64,000 nucleotides of DNA from Felis catus (taxonomy: Eukaryota), in contig NC_058368.1 of the NCBI RefSeq assembly GCF_018350175.1, positions 55,802,001-55,866,000 on the forward strand. Reading direction: 5' to 3'. Position 1 is the first letter of the stretch; every line of letters begins with the position of its first letter. The translations under genes and the position numbers were made by a program. Below, in pieces: positions 36,756-51,203 of the stretch. The notes beneath the pieces are model-generated. The model worked only from the letters and a program-made list of their open reading frames with translations. It was not told the DNA's origin and ran no database searches.

Positions 36756-37116
36756 AGTAGAAGATAATTACAAAATAAGGAAACATCAAGGGCAAGGGGC
36801 AAGTCATAAACATTCCAGCAGAAAGAAGAGTACAGGTCAGGTGGCAAAGGATACAGAGAGGGCTGATGAATTGAGAGCACTAATTCAATCAGTTTCTCTA
36901 ATAACCGAAAGGTTACTTTGTAATTAAAAAATGATCAATATTAGGGAAAAAATAACACTGTACTAAAAAAAAAGCCATAAGCTGGTCTCTAAATTTCAGT
37001 GTTTCAATTATTAAATGTGATAAAATGGAGGACTAGAAAATTTAAGAAAAAAAACTGTATAAAAGGAAAAATATTAAATCTGCAAATTAAAAGACATTAT
37101 AAAATATTTTTCATTT

Positions 37117-37330
37117 GAGGTGCCTGGGTGGCTCAAGTTGGTTAAGGATCCGACTTCAGCTTAGGTCATAATTTCACAGTTCTGGAGTTCGATCCCTGCA
37201 TTGGGCTCTGTGCTGATAGCTCAGAGCCTGGAACCTGTTTTGGATTCCCTGTCTCCCTCTCTCTCTGCCCCTCCCCTGTTTGTGCTCTGTCTCTCTCTCA
37301 AAAATAAACGTAAAAAAATTATAAATAAAA
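37117..37330 (+). mobile_element. CanSINE
   Basis: Typical head and tail. Confidence 0.9.
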
Positions 37331-37854
37331 TATTTTGCAATAAAATTAAATAAAAAATTAAAATATTATATATGACAAAATGAATACATTTTACTAAAAG
37401 AAATTATAAAGTTAAAAGAACATATACTGTCCACTTGAGGTAGAGAAAACTGATACCCAGTTTTCCTTTGTTTCCTAGGCATATGACAAGTGTGAATTGG
37501 TCCAAAGTTTAAGCAAGTGACCCAAACAAGGCAAAACAAAACCAATCATTAATATATATTTTTTTAATCTAAACCATGGTATGAAATTCATCCCCTCTTT
37601 GTTAGAAAAGCTCTGGGAAAAAAAAAAATTAAACACATTCTGACCTTAATTCATTCCTTAAGTTCATTTCCTGCTTTATTTTTCTTATTAGCTTGTGTCA
37701 CTTATTTGTTTTGTGTATTATCTACTCACTGAATGGAGGAGGGAGGGGTTTTATCCATCTTGTTCATTGTTGTATTCCCCAGTGCTGGAAGAAATTCTCT
37801 ACTAGTGCTAGTAAGAGACTCTTAGCAAGTATGTTTTAAAAGAATTCATGTTAC

Positions 37855-38052
37855 GGGGTGCCTGGGTGACTCAGTCAGGTGAGTTTCCTACTCTTGGTTC
37901 TGGCTCAGGTCATGATCTCATGGTTTTGAAAGTTTGAGCCCTGCATCTGGCACAGCGTGGAGACTGCTTAGGATTTTTTTTTTTCTCTCTCTCTCTCTAC
38001 TCCTCCCCCACTCATGCTGTCTCTTTCAAAATACATAAATACACTTAAAAAA
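37855..38052 (+). mobile_element. CanSINE
   Basis: Typical head and tail. Confidence 0.9.
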
Positions 38053-39264
38053 ACCCTCATAACCTGCATTGTGTGTGTGCATGTATTAACATGTACATAA
38101 GGGAATGTATCTAGTTAGATGTTAAGAGTGCACAGAAAAAAGTAATAATAATTTCCCCAGATATTATTTGTCTCTAGATATTGTTACCTATAGAAATTAT
38201 ACTCATTCCCTTCTTTTAGGGAGAGAAATGAATCTACAAGATATTGCAATAAAATTGCATTTATAACGAACACTTACTACCTTAACACAAAACTTTTCAG
38301 TCATAATATTTTGGAAGTTTCTGTAGAATTAGATTAGATGAAACTTTCCAAAATCTTTATGTGCACAGAGTAGGAAATATTATTGCATATTCCATTGGGA
38401 ATGGTGACACTGATGGGTTAATAGGAATCATAAGGGCATATTAATTTTGAAAATTTATAGGCTGTGAATATTTAATATCTACCTTTCTTTGCACTTCTCT
38501 TAATAGAACTCCATTTATAGCTTAAAAATGTTTTTCAATTTTTTGCAGTATTTTCCCCAGCAAATAGCTGTTCTGCCCTATTTTCCTATTACTGTTTTTG
38601 TAATCATCACATAAGTATGAAAAACATAAAAATTTAGGGAAATAATTGACAGGAATTATTTTTATTCAAAACAAATTCCAAGGGGTCCATTAAAGGAGTT
38701 GAAATTATTTTAGAATACTACAAAATAAAATAAGCAAAGGAATATTTTGCAAAAATTGTTTAATTTGGATACTATTATTTCCTTATATATCCCTTTTCTT
38801 GAATATAGCTTATTTCTTGAATTTTCCAACTTCTATATTAAACCTTATAAAAATAAAATTTTGAGTTAGGTAATTTAAATGATTACATTTACCATTCACT
38901 TTAGTATGTATTGCTTAAAAGCTTGAGGGGGGACTATTACAAGATTTCCATACTAGGGAAAAACACAGGTTTCCAAACATCAGAAAGATCCAAAGGAGCA
39001 CTCAGAATAGATTCTATAGTAAAGTACTAATTGTTTTGTTGTCATTATATAATGATCTTCCTTAAGAAACTGTGTTTTAGCCTGTTGATAATTTAAATGT
39101 TGTAGCCATATTAGAAGATAAAAAACTGTTTGCCTACAGAAACAATATCATACTTCATCAAGAAAAGGAACATGTCTGTGACTAGTTGCTGAAGATTCAT
39201 AGATTTAGGAATATGACTTTAGCTGTTTTTATGGAATTTTTTTCCTCCTCTCAGACTCCTCATA

Positions 39265-39582
39265 TTTTAAATGTCAACCAATTCTAGAGGCTGGTAGTCC
39301 AAGATCAGGCTGTCAGGGCACCTGGTTTTTCTGTGAGAGTCTCTTTCCTGGTTGACAGAAAGGGACCTTATGGAATACTCACATGACAGAGAAAGAGAGA
39401 GCATGTGCACAAGCTCTTTAATCTTTTCTTCTAATGGCTCTAATCCCATTATAGGGTCTCAACTCTCTTGACCTCAGATAAACCTAGTTCCCTCCTAAGG
39501 GCCGCAGCTCCAAATATCTCCGCGCTGGACACCAGGGCTTCAATATAAGAATTTGGGGTGGACATAAACATTCTATTGATAC
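39265..39582 (-). mobile_element. MLT1A-like LTR fragment
   Basis: ttctagaggctggtagtccaagatc..gcttcaatataagaatttgggg. Confidence 0.75.
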
Positions 39583-40339
39583 CAGTAAATCAGCCCATTA
39601 TCACCCACCATTTCTAATTGTTATAGTTTTATTATCCACTCAAGGACATCTATATAAGGATATCTTAGTTGCTTCCAGGTTTTGATGATTAAGAATAAAC
39701 CTGCTGTATGCATTTGCAGTTAGGTTTTTGTGTGTACATAATTTTAAAAATCATTTTGATGAATAACAGCAAGATAGCTGAGTTGTTTGGTAAGCATATA
39801 TGCAGGAACATACTAACCAGCAGACTTGTGTTGCTCAGTCTTTGAACACTCCCAGTAAGGGTCTGTTTTCATAACTGTACCTTGCCTTGCTTCTATAAAA
39901 GGGTGGCAGTCTCCTTATGTCTGCATCTCCCGGGAGCTTCCCACTCTCACTTCAGCCTATACTTAGCCTCCAGCAATTTCTTATAATTTCTAGTTTAATG
40001 ACCTTACCAGTCTGACAGTTCTGTCCTGGGACTCAAATTTTTAATTTCTGTGTCTGCCTGCCAGCGTCTGTCCTTCCATATTTGGAAGACTGTCCTGTGA
40101 ACACATTCTCTTAGGTTTCACTAAAAAAGGCCAATACTTAGATGCCTGTTGTGTTTTTGTTTGTTTGTTTGTTTTCCATGTAAGGATGGGGGCTTGTTTT
40201 GTTTTTTCTTTTCCTTTTTCTACATGCTTATGCAGAAACCAGAAGCCTTTTTACTCTTTGATTATATCTAACTGCCTCTCTGCAATGATTACAGATAGAA
40301 CCCTCAAAGATTAGCCTTCTGTCAAGAAGAGGGATGATA

Positions 40340-41788
40340 TTCTACTACAAAGCTGTCATCATCAAGACAGCATGGTATTGGCACAAAAACAGACACATAG
40401 ACCAATGGAATAGAATAGAAACCCCAGAACTAGACCCACAAACGTATGGCCAACTCATCTTTGACAAAGCAGGAAAGAACATCCAATGGAAAAAAGACAG
40501 CCTCTTTAACAAATGGTGCTGGGAGAACTGGACAGCAACATGCAGAAGGTTGAAACTAGACCACTTTCTCACACCATTCACAAAAATAAACTCCAAATGG
40601 ATAAAGGACCTAAATGTGAGACAGGAAACCATCAAAACCTTAGAGGAGAAAGCAGGAAAAGACCTCTCTGACCTCAGCCGTAGCAATCTCTTACTCGACA
40701 CATCCCCAAAGGCAAGGGAATTAAAAGCAAAAGTGAATTACTGGGACCTTATGAAGATCAAAAGCTTCTGCACAGCAAAGGAAACAACCAACAAAACTAA
40801 AAGGCAACCAACGGAATGGGAAAAGATATTCGCAAATGACATATCGGACAAAGGGCTAATATCCAAAATCTATAAAGAGCTCCCCAAACTCCACACCCGA
40901 AAAACAAATAACCCAGTGAAGAAATGGGCAGAAAACATGAATAGACACTTCTCTAAAGAAGACATCCGGATGGCCAACAGGCACATGAAAAGATGTTCAG
41001 CGTCACTCCTTATCAGGGAAATACAAATCAAAACCACACTCAGGTATCACCTCACACCAGTCAGAGTGGCCAAAATGAACAAATCAGGAGACTCTAGATG
41101 CTGGAGAGGATGTGGAGAAACGGGAACCCTCTTGCACTGTTGGTAGGAATGCAAATTGGTGCAGCCGCTCTGGAAAGCAGTGTGGAGGTTCCTCAGAAAA
41201 TTAAAAATAGACCTACCCTATGACCCAGCAATAGCACTGCTAGGAATTTATCCAAGGGATACAGGAGTACTGATGCATAGGGCCACTTGTACCCCAATGT
41301 TCATAGCAGCACTCTCAACAATAGCCAAATTATGGAAAGAGCCTAAATGTCCATCAACTGATGAATGTATAAAGAAATTGTGGTTTATATACACAATGGA
41401 ATATTACGTGGCAATGAGAAAAAATGAAATATGGCCTTTTGTAGCAACGTGGATGGAACTGGAGAGTGTGATGCTAAGTGAAATAAGCCATACAGAGAAA
41501 GACAGATACAATATGGTTTCACTCTTATGTGGATCCTGAGAAACTTAACAGGAACCCATGGGGGAGGGGAAGGAAAAAAAAAAAAGAGGTTAGAGTGGGA
41601 GAGAGCCAAAGCATAAGAGACTGTTAAAAACTGAGAACAAACTGAGGGTTGATGGGGGAGTGGGAGGGAGGAGAGGGTGGGTGATGGGTATTGAGGAGGG
41701 CACCTTTTGGGATGAGCACTGGGTGTTGTATGGAAACCAATTTGTCAATAAATTTCATATATAAAAAAATAAAAAATAAAAAATAAAA
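40340..41788 (+). mobile_element. Young 5'-truncated felid L1
   Basis: ORF2 C-terminus ([13 protein letters not shown]...HCW*), intact 3'UTR, (TAAAAA)n tail, perfect 16-bp TSD aagaagagggatgata (40324-40339, 41789-41804). Confidence 0.97.
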
Positions 41789-42329
41789 AAGAAGAGGGAT
41801 GATAAATTAAGTGGTCTGATAAAAATCAGAATATGCTTACTCATGTAGCAGGGCTTGGTCTGGAAAGGACATGAAAGATCTTTCAGAGTGATAAAAATTT
41901 TCAATGTCTTGATTTGGGTGGTATTAACACAGAATGTGGCTGTTTTCACATACCCTCAAGGTTTGTATACTTTTTATAAACTATGCCTCGATAAAAGTAA
42001 TTTTAAACCAAATATAGAACTAATTTTATCTCTTAATCATTAGTTATTCTGTGTCTCTCTTCAAATACTGCATCTCCACTATGCTAAATTATGCAGAAGC
42101 AGCCTTATGAAAGTAAGTCATGATTATTAGATAGCAACTTTTTGTGAAGGAAATGGCATTGTCTCTCATTCTGTCACCCTAAATCAGAGGTACTAAGCTG
42201 GGAGAGCAAAACATGGATTGTTTTCTCCTGCTACCTATTAGGGCAGGACACAACCTGCTGAATGCATGCAGCTGCCCTGATTAATGAAGAGGAGAAGGAG
42301 GGTAACATAAAATCTAACATTAAGAACAC

Positions 42330-42998
42330 AGGGTGCCTGGGTGGCTCAGTCAGTTAAAGATCTGACTCTTGATTCAGCTCTGATCATGATCTTACAGTTC
42401 CTGAGTTCCAGCCCCACTGTGGGCTGATAGCACAGAGCCTACTTGGGATTCTCTCCCTCTCTGTCCCTCCCTCCCTCTCTCAAAACAAATAAATAAATAT
42501 TAAAAAAAAAGAAAAAGAATACTAGACAATTGGGAGTGCCTGGGTGATTCAGTCGCTTAAGTGTCCTGCTCTTGATTTTGGCTCAGGTCGTGGACTCACG
42601 GTTTAGAGATCCAGACCCACATGGCACACTCTGTAGTGAGCATGGCGCCTGCTTGGGATTCTCTGTCTCTCCCTCTCTCTCTCTGTGCCCCTCCCCAACT
42701 CGTGTGTGCGCATGTGGGCACTCTCTCTTTCTCTCAAAATAAATAAATAAACATTTAAAAAATGAATAGACAAGGGGCGCCTGGGTGGCGCAGTCGGTTA
42801 AGCGTCCGACTTCAGCCAGGTCACGATCTCGCGGTCCGGGAGTTCGAGCCCCGCGTCGGGCTCTGGGCTGATGGCTCAGAGCCTGGAGCCTGTTTCCGAT
42901 TCTGTGTCTCCCTCTCTCTCTGCCCCTCCCCCGCTCATGCTCTGTCTCTCTCTGTCCCAAAAATAAATAAACGTTGAAAAAAAAATTAAAAAAAAAAA
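42330..42998 (+). mobile_element. Three tandem CanSINEs, the last one (42774-42998) young
   Basis: Three heads. TSD aaaaatgaatagacaa around the third. Confidence 0.92.
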
Positions 42999-43476
42999 TG
43001 AATAGACAAGATAGCAAACTAGTACGTGCTACACCCAGTCTGTAGAGCCCTTCTCTATTAATACATCAGTAATGTCAAATATTTTTGTATTTCCTTTATT
43101 ATAAATTATTATTCTTATGATTAAAGGAATTCTGAAGCTCTGTTTGGATGTTCGAAAGGGGAAATACTATGTACTATTATATTCAAGGTAGGTGGAGATG
43201 TCTCCCTGTGGCCCATAGTTGCTGACATATACTATAGACAGGCTTTTTACCTGTTCAATGTACTTAAACCTGGTATCTGTGCACTGGGCAGTGTCCTCTA
43301 TTTTCATTTAAAATACCTTTGAATGGAGAATATATTCACATGACTAACAAAATAATCTATAAATTTAAATGCCCCCTTTCACTGATAATCATTTTTTTTT
43401 GTATTCTTGCAGTATTAATGTTTCTGGAAGCATAGAAAAAATTCCTTATCTTTCCTTTTTTAAAACTTTTTATTTA

Positions 43477-43940
43477 GGGGGGTTGTCCGGGTGGCTCAGT
43501 CAGTTAAGCATCCAACTTCGGCTCAGGTCATGATCTCACGGTTTGTGGGTATGAGCCCTACATTGGGCTCTGTGCTGACAGCTCAGAGCCTGAAGCCTGC
43601 TTCGGATTCTGTGTCTCCCCCCTCTCTCGTCTCACACTTGGTCTCTCTCTCTCAAAAATAAACATTAAAAAGTTAAAAAAAAAGTTTTTACTTAGGGACG
43701 CCTGGGTGGCTTAGTCGGTTAAGCGTCTGACTTTGTCTCAGGTCATGATCTCAAAGTTTGTGGGGTTGAGCCCTGTGTCCACTACTGTGCTGACAGCTTG
43801 GAGCCTGGAGCCTGCTTCAGATTCTGTGTCTCCCTCCGTCTCTGCCCTTTCCCTGCTTGTGCTCATTGTCTGTCTGTCTATCTGTCTCTCTCTCCCTCTC
43901 TCTCTCTCTCTCTAAAAAATAAATAAACATTTTAAAAAAG
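43477..43940 (+). mobile_element. Two tandem CanSINEs
   Basis: Heads at about 43477 and 43694. Confidence 0.9.
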
Positions 43941-46000
43941 TTTTTATTTAAATTCCTGTTAGTTAACATGCAGTGTAATATTAATTTCAGGTGTATAATT
44001 TAGTGATTCAACACTTAAAACACACGGTGGTCATCACAATAAGTGTACGCCATAATCCCCATCACTTGTTTTTAGTAAAGGAGGTAGGACACCTGACACT
44101 GTTTCCCACATAGTTGTTTAACAGTCTATCTTGGAGAAAATTCAGTATCTTCTATAGTGTGTCCTCATACTTTTCTTTCGCAGTGCATGTTACTACTTTT
44201 GTGGATGTACCACAGTTTATTTAATCAATTCTCTATTACTACATATTTGGGTTCTGAGAATATTTTGCTGTTTCAGACAAGGTTAAAATGAATAAACTAG
44301 TACATATATCATTTCACATGTATAAGAAATTCCATAAGATGAATCCCCAGACATAAAGTTGCTGGGAGAAGTTGTATATACCTGTGTAATTTTATATATA
44401 CTGCCAATTCCCCTCCAGGAAGTTTGTGCCAATTTACACTCTCAGCAGTAATATATGAGATATACTATTTTGTAGTCTCACAAAAAGAGGATGTTATCAC
44501 CATTGAATTTTTCAGGTCGATGAATGAGCTATTGGGTGATAGGGTAGTTAGCATTATTTTTTATTGAAGTTGAATTTACACGTAATAAAATGCATAAATC
44601 TTAAGTGTACAGCTTGTAGAGTTTATATATATACATATGTATGAATTTTCACATATGTTCACCATGTGAACACCACCCTTGTCAAGATATAATACAGTCC
44701 CAGCATCCTGGAAGGCTCCTTGAGGCTCCTTTCCAGCTGTACAGCTTTAAGGACAGCCACTGTTCTGACTTCTACCATTTTGCATTTAATATAAATCGAA
44801 TATAATAAGGTTAGTGTTGTGATACATCTGGCTGTTACCCTCAGTATTATGTCTGTGATATTTATTCATAGAATTGTGTATACAAACTTTTCATTTATTT
44901 TCAATACTGTGGTATCCCATTGCATGAACATGTCACAGTTTATTTATCTAGTTAATGAATAAATAATGCTTGAAGCAGTTCCCATTCTTTGCTTTTAAAA
45001 AACAATCTCCTAGACATGCTTTATCTATGTAGACCCCACAATATTTAATATGTTGATTTTCATAACCATTACATTGAAAACATTTGCTCACTCATATTTG
45101 AATTCTTCTTTGACCTGTAGGTTATGTAGATTTGTGTAGCTCAGTTTCTAAACCATTGGAGATTTTCCAGTTAGCTTTCTAATTTGCATTCTAGTGTGAT
45201 TGTACATATTAAGAAAACATACACAGAAGTGATTTCAAGGTTTTGATATTGGTTACTACAGGTTTTATATTCGAACATGTTAATTTCAACATGCATTTGA
45301 AAAGAATATATTTTGCAGATGTTGGATATGGTATTCCACATATCTCAAATACATCAGCACTTAACCATGTTATGTAAATTTCTATGTTTTTATTGATCTT
45401 TTTGTTTGCGTGTTTTATCAGTTTTTAAAAGAGGTATGTTAAAATACTTACTCTGGATTTTTTTTTCCCGAGCATTTGTTCTGTCAAGTCTTCCTTTTTT
45501 TTTTTTTTTTTTTTGAAAAATACTCTTATTAGGTATATAATCTTTAGGATTATTACATCTTCTTATACAAGAAATATTCGAATCAAAATAATACATCTCT
45601 TTACCGCCTGTATTTTTTGGCCTTAAATTTTATCTAATATTTAGATAGCCATCTTTGCCACCTTTTAATGTTTGCATAAAAAATCTTTTTCTGAATATTT
45701 ATTTTCAGGCTTTCTGCATCCTAATGTATGTGAGTGTGTTCTATAAATTCTATGTGTGTTTATAAAGAGCAGTAAATGTAGTTTAGTTTCTCATTACTAT
45801 AGTCTGAAAATGTATGCACTTTAGGAAGAGTTTAGAAAATTTGCATTTAATATGTCTTCTGATAGATTTATATTTAAATTTATTATCTTGCTGTTTGCTT
45901 TCTAAATTTCCAATAGGATTTTTGTTATTTTATTTTTCTTTTCCTATTTGCTTCATAGTAATAATATTTATATCTATTATTATATTTTAATTCTCATTTT
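43940..46000 (-). mobile_element. Stacked old L1 fragments
   Basis: Several antisense L1 3' ends, for example tgcataaatcttaagtgtacagc. Confidence 0.6.
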
Positions 46001-46184
46001 TTTCTGTGTACATTGAATGTAATTATTTTAATGTGTGCCCTGGAATATTTTATTTATTTGACTAGGAATGGGCTTAACAATATTTTCATAGGTTTACGAT
46101 ATTCACCCTTTTTTTTTATGTGTGAACTGTTCATATCCTTCAGCCATTTTGGGGTTAACTTGTAGACTATTTCTTTTCTTTCTC

Positions 46185-46649
46185 AAGTTTTTATTTAAAC
46201 TCTTTTTAGCTAACATATATGGTAAAATTGGTTTCACGTGTAGAATTTAGTGATTTATCACTACATGTAGCTTACATATAACATCACTTACATACAACTT
46301 ATGCTCATCACAAGTGCCCTCCCTAATACCCATCACTCATTTAGCCCATCCCCCACCCACTCCCTCCATTAGCCTTTACTTTGTTCTCTGTAGTTAAGTC
46401 TCCTATGGTTTGATTCCCTCCTTTTTTTTTTACTTCCCATATGTTCATCTGTTTTGTTACTTAAGTTCCACGTATGAGTGAAATCATATAATATTTTCCC
46501 TTCTCTGACTGGATTATTTCACTTAACATAATATACTCTAGCTCCATCTATATCATTCTTTTTGGTGGATGAGTAATATTCCACTGTATATGTATTATAT
46601 ATACATATTATATATATAATATGGGCTCTTTCCATAGTTTGACTGTTTT

Positions 46650-46687
<38 letters not shown>

Positions 46688-49600
46688 TTTTTTCAACGTT
46701 TATTTATTTTTGGGACAGAGAGAGACAGAGCATGAACGGGGGAGGGGCAGAGAGAGAGGGAGACACAGAATCGGAAACAGGCTCCAGGCTCTGAGCCATC
46801 AGCCCAGAGCCCGACGCGGGGCTCGAACTCACGGACCGCGAGATCGTGACCTGGCTGAAGTCGGACGCTTAACCGACTGCGCCACCCAGGCGCCCCTTGA
46901 CTGTTTTTGATAATGCTGCTATAAACATCGGGATCCATATGCCTTTTTAAATCAGTATTTTTGTGTCCTTTGGGTGGATACCTCATAGTGCAATTGCTAG
47001 ATAGTAGGGCAGTTTTATTTTTAACTTTTTGAGGAACTTCCATTCTGCAGAATTGCTGTACCAGTTTACATTCCCACCAACAGTGTAAGAGGAGAGGATT
47101 CCCCTTTCCCTGCCTCGCTGCTAGCACCTGGTGTCTCTTGTGTTGTTAATCTTAGCCATTCTTACAGGGGTGTGCAGTGGTATCTCATTGTTTTGATTTG
47201 CATTTCCCTGACAACGACAATTGATGTTGAGCATCTTTTCATGTGTCTGTTAACCATCTGAATATCTTCTTTGGAAAAAGGTCTATTCATGTTTTCTGCT
47301 CATTTCTTAACTGGCTCGTTTATTTTTGGGGTGTTGAGTTTGAGTTCTTCATAGATTTTGGATACCAACCTTTTATCAGATATATCATATCTTCTCTCAT
47401 TGCTTGTCTTTTAGTTTGTTTATTGTTTCCTTCCCTGCACAGAAGGACTTTATTTTGATAACGTCCCAATACTTCATGTTTGCTTTTCTTTTCCTTGCCT
47501 CAGGAGACAGTCTAGTAAAGAAGTTGCTCCAAGTGAAAGGGATTGCTGCCTCTGTTCCCCTCTAGGATTTTGGTGGTTTCCTGTCTAACATTCAAGTCTT
47601 TCATCCATTTTGAATTTATGTTTGTGGTTGGTGTAAGAAAGTGGTCCAATTTCATTCTTCTGCACGTTGCTGTTCAGTTTTCCCAACACCATTTGTTGAA
47701 GAGACTTTTTCCCATTGCTATTCATTCCTGCTATCTTGAAGATTAGTTGACCAAATAGATGTGGGTCAATTTCTGGGTTTTCTATTCTGTTCCATTGATC
47801 TATGTGTCTGTTTTTGTGCTAGTAACATACTTTCCTGATGACTGTATCTCTGTAACATAATTTGAAGTCTGGAATCCTGATGCCTTCAGCTTTACTTTTC
47901 CTTTTCAAGATTGCTTTGGCTATTGGAAGTCTTTTGTGGTTCCATACAAATTTTAGGGTAGTTTGTTCTAGCTCTGTGAAAAATGCTCTTGGTGTTTTGA
48001 TAGGGACTGCATTAAATGTGTAGTTTTTTGGGGGTAGCATAGACATTTTAACAATGTTTGTTCTTCCATCCATGAGCACAGAATGTTTTCCCATTTCTTT
48101 GTGTCCTCTTCAATTTCTTCCATAAGTGTTCTATAGTTTTCAGGTACAGATATTTATCTTGGTTAGATTTATTCCTAGGTATCATATTGTTTTGGGTGCA
48201 GTTGTAAATGGGATCGATTCTTTGTTTTTATTTTCTGCTGCTTCATTATTGGTTTATAGAAATGCAACAGATTTCTATAATTGATTTTGCATCTTGAAAC
48301 TTTGCTGAATTTATGTATTAGTTCTAGCAATCTTTTTGGTTGAGTCTTTTGGGTTTTCTACATAGAGTTGAATCATGTTATCTGCAAATAGTGAAAGTTT
48401 GACTTCTTCCTTGATGATTTGGATGCCTTTTATTTCTTTTTGATGTCTGATTGCTGAGGCTAGGACTTCCAGTACTATGTTAAATAACAGTGTGAGTGGA
48501 CATGTGTGTGTGAGTGGACATCCCTGTCTTGTTCCTGATCATAAAGGAAAAACTTTCAGTTTTTCCTCATTGAAGATATTAGAAGATATTTGTCTTTCAT
48601 ATATGGCCTTTATAATGTTCAAGTATGTTCCCTCTAGCCCTACTATGTTGAGGATTTTTCTCAAGAATTGATGCTCTATTTTGTCAAATGCTTTTTTTTT
48701 TAATACATTGACAGGATTGTATGATAGTTATCACTTCTTTTATTAATGTACTTATTATGTTGATTGATTTGTGAACATTGAACCACCCCTGGAGCTCAGG
48801 AATAAAACCTAGTTGATCATGGTGAATAATTCTTTTAGTGTAATGTTGGATTCAATTTACTAGTATCTTGTTGAGAATTTTTGCATGTATGTTCGTCAGG
48901 GATATTGGCCTGTATTTCTTTTTTTTTACTGGAGTCTGTCTGTTTTTGGAGTCACGGCCATGCTGGCCTTGTAGAATAAGTTTGGAAGTTTTCCTTCCAC
49001 TTCTATGTTTTGGAACAGTTTGAGAAAAATAGGTATTAACTCTTCTTTAACTTCCTGGTAGAATTTCTTTCGGAAGCTATCTGACCTTGGTCTTTTGTTG
49101 GGAGATTTTTGATTACTGATCGAATTTCTTTGCTGGTTATGGGTCTGTTCAAATTTTCGATTTGTTCTTCTTTCAGTTTTGGTAGTTTGTATGTTTCTAG
49201 GAATTTATCCATTTCTTCCAGATTGCCCAATTTGTTGGCATAAAATGCTTTATAATATTCTTCTACAATTGTTTGTATTTCTGTGGTGTTGGTTGTGATC
49301 CCTTCTTTTTCATTCGTGATTTATTTATTTGGGTCATTTCTCTTTTCTTTTTGATAAGTCTGGCTGGGAGTTATAAATTTTATTAATTCTTTCAGAGAAC
49401 CAGCTTTTAGTTTCTTTGATCTGTTCTACTGTGGTTTTGTTTGTTTGTTTGTTTGTTTGTTTCTGTATCTTTTATTTCTTCTCTAATCTGTATTATTTCC
49501 CTTCTTCTGCTGGCTTTGGCTTTATTTGCTGTTTTTTTGTTTTTGTTTCATTTTATTTTCTAATTCCCATAGTTGTAGTGTTATTAGTTTGTGTATTTGA

Positions 49601-50840
49601 GATTTTTTTTTGCTTCTTGATGTAGATCTGTACTTCCCTTTAGGACTGCTTTGATGCATTCCAAAGGTTTTGGACTATCATGTTTTCATTATCACTTGTT
49701 CCCATGTATTTTTCATTTCTTCTTCAATTTCCTGGTTAATCATTCATTTTTAGTATGAAGTTCTTTAAGCTCCATGTATTTGCGTTCTTTCTAAATTTTT
49801 TCTTGTGGTTGACTTCATTTCATAGTGTTGTGGTATGATATGCATGGTATGATCTCAATCTTTTTGTAATGGTTGAGGGCTGAATTATGACCCAGTATGT
49901 GATGTCTTCTGGAGAATGTTCCATTTGCACTCAAATAGAAATTGGGAGTGCTTAAGTGGCTCAGTCATTTAAGTGTCTGACTTCGACTCAGGTCTTGGTC
50001 TCACAGTTCTTGAGTTCAAGCCCCACATCGGGCTCACTGCTGTCAGCACAGAACCTGATTTGGTTCCTCTTCCACCCTCTCTTTCCACCTCTCCCCTGCT
50101 CATGCTCTCTCTCTTTCTCTCAAAAATAAATAAACAGGGGCGCCTGGGTGGTGCAGTCGGTTAAGCGTCCGACTTCAGCCAGGTCACGATCTTGCAGTCC
50201 GGGAGTTCGAGCCCCGCATCGGGCTCTGGGCTGATGGCTCAGAGGCTGGAGCCTGTTTCCGATTCTGTGTCTCCCTCTCTCTCTGCCCCTCCCCCGTTCA
50301 TGCTCTGTCTCTCTCTGTCCCAAAAATAAATAAACGCTGAAAAAAAAAATTTAAAGAGTAGATGTTACATACAGATCTACATTTAAAAAATAAATAAACA
50401 TTAAAAATAATTTGAAAGATTGTGTATTCTGCTGCTTTAGGATGAAATATTCTGTATATATCTGTTATGTCCATCTGATCCAGTGTATCATTCATAGTCA
50501 TTGTTTCCTTGTTGATTTTCTGCTTAAATGATCTTTCTATTACTGTGAGTGGGGTGTTAAAGTCCCTTGCTATTATTAAATTATTATCAGTGAATTTCTT
50601 TATGTTCATTATTAATTGATTTATATATTTCGGTTCTTCAAGTTAGGGCCATAAATATTTACAATTATTAGATTTTCGTGATGGATAGACCCCTTTATTA
50701 TGTTATCATGCCTTCTTCATTTCTTGTTACAGTCTTTGGTTTAAAATCTAGTTTTTATGGTATAAGTATGGATACTCTGTCTTCTTTTTGAGATCCATTA
50801 TCATGACAGATGGGTCTCCATGCCCTCACTTTCAATGTGC
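46185..50840 (-). mobile_element. Carnivore L1 (about 4.6 kb, ORF2 from endonuclease to 3'UTR) with nested SINEs (46646-46896, 49944-50410)
   Basis: ORF fragments [17 protein letters not shown] and DFNTPLT..DQMDITDIYRIFHPKAAEYT. Confidence 0.92.
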
Positions 50841-50959
50841 ATTTGAGACTCTCTCTTTAAATTTTTGTAAAATATCTTTATCAAGGGCACAAAACCTTTT
50901 GCCATGATATTAGTCCTTAGAGAAATGTTTTTTATCCTTGCAGTTTTTGTAATTGAATT

Positions 50960-51154
50960 TTTAAATTAAATTTTATAGAGAAGTATAAATTTGCATGTAG
51001 TTATAAATTATAATACAAGATGCTCTCATATACCCTTTATCCTGTTTCCCTAATGGTAACATCTTGCAAACTAAATACAATATCATAACCAGAATATTTA
51101 CTTTGATATATCCACATACTTTATTTAGATTTCCTTAGTTTAACATATACTTGT

Positions 51155-51203
<49 letters not shown>

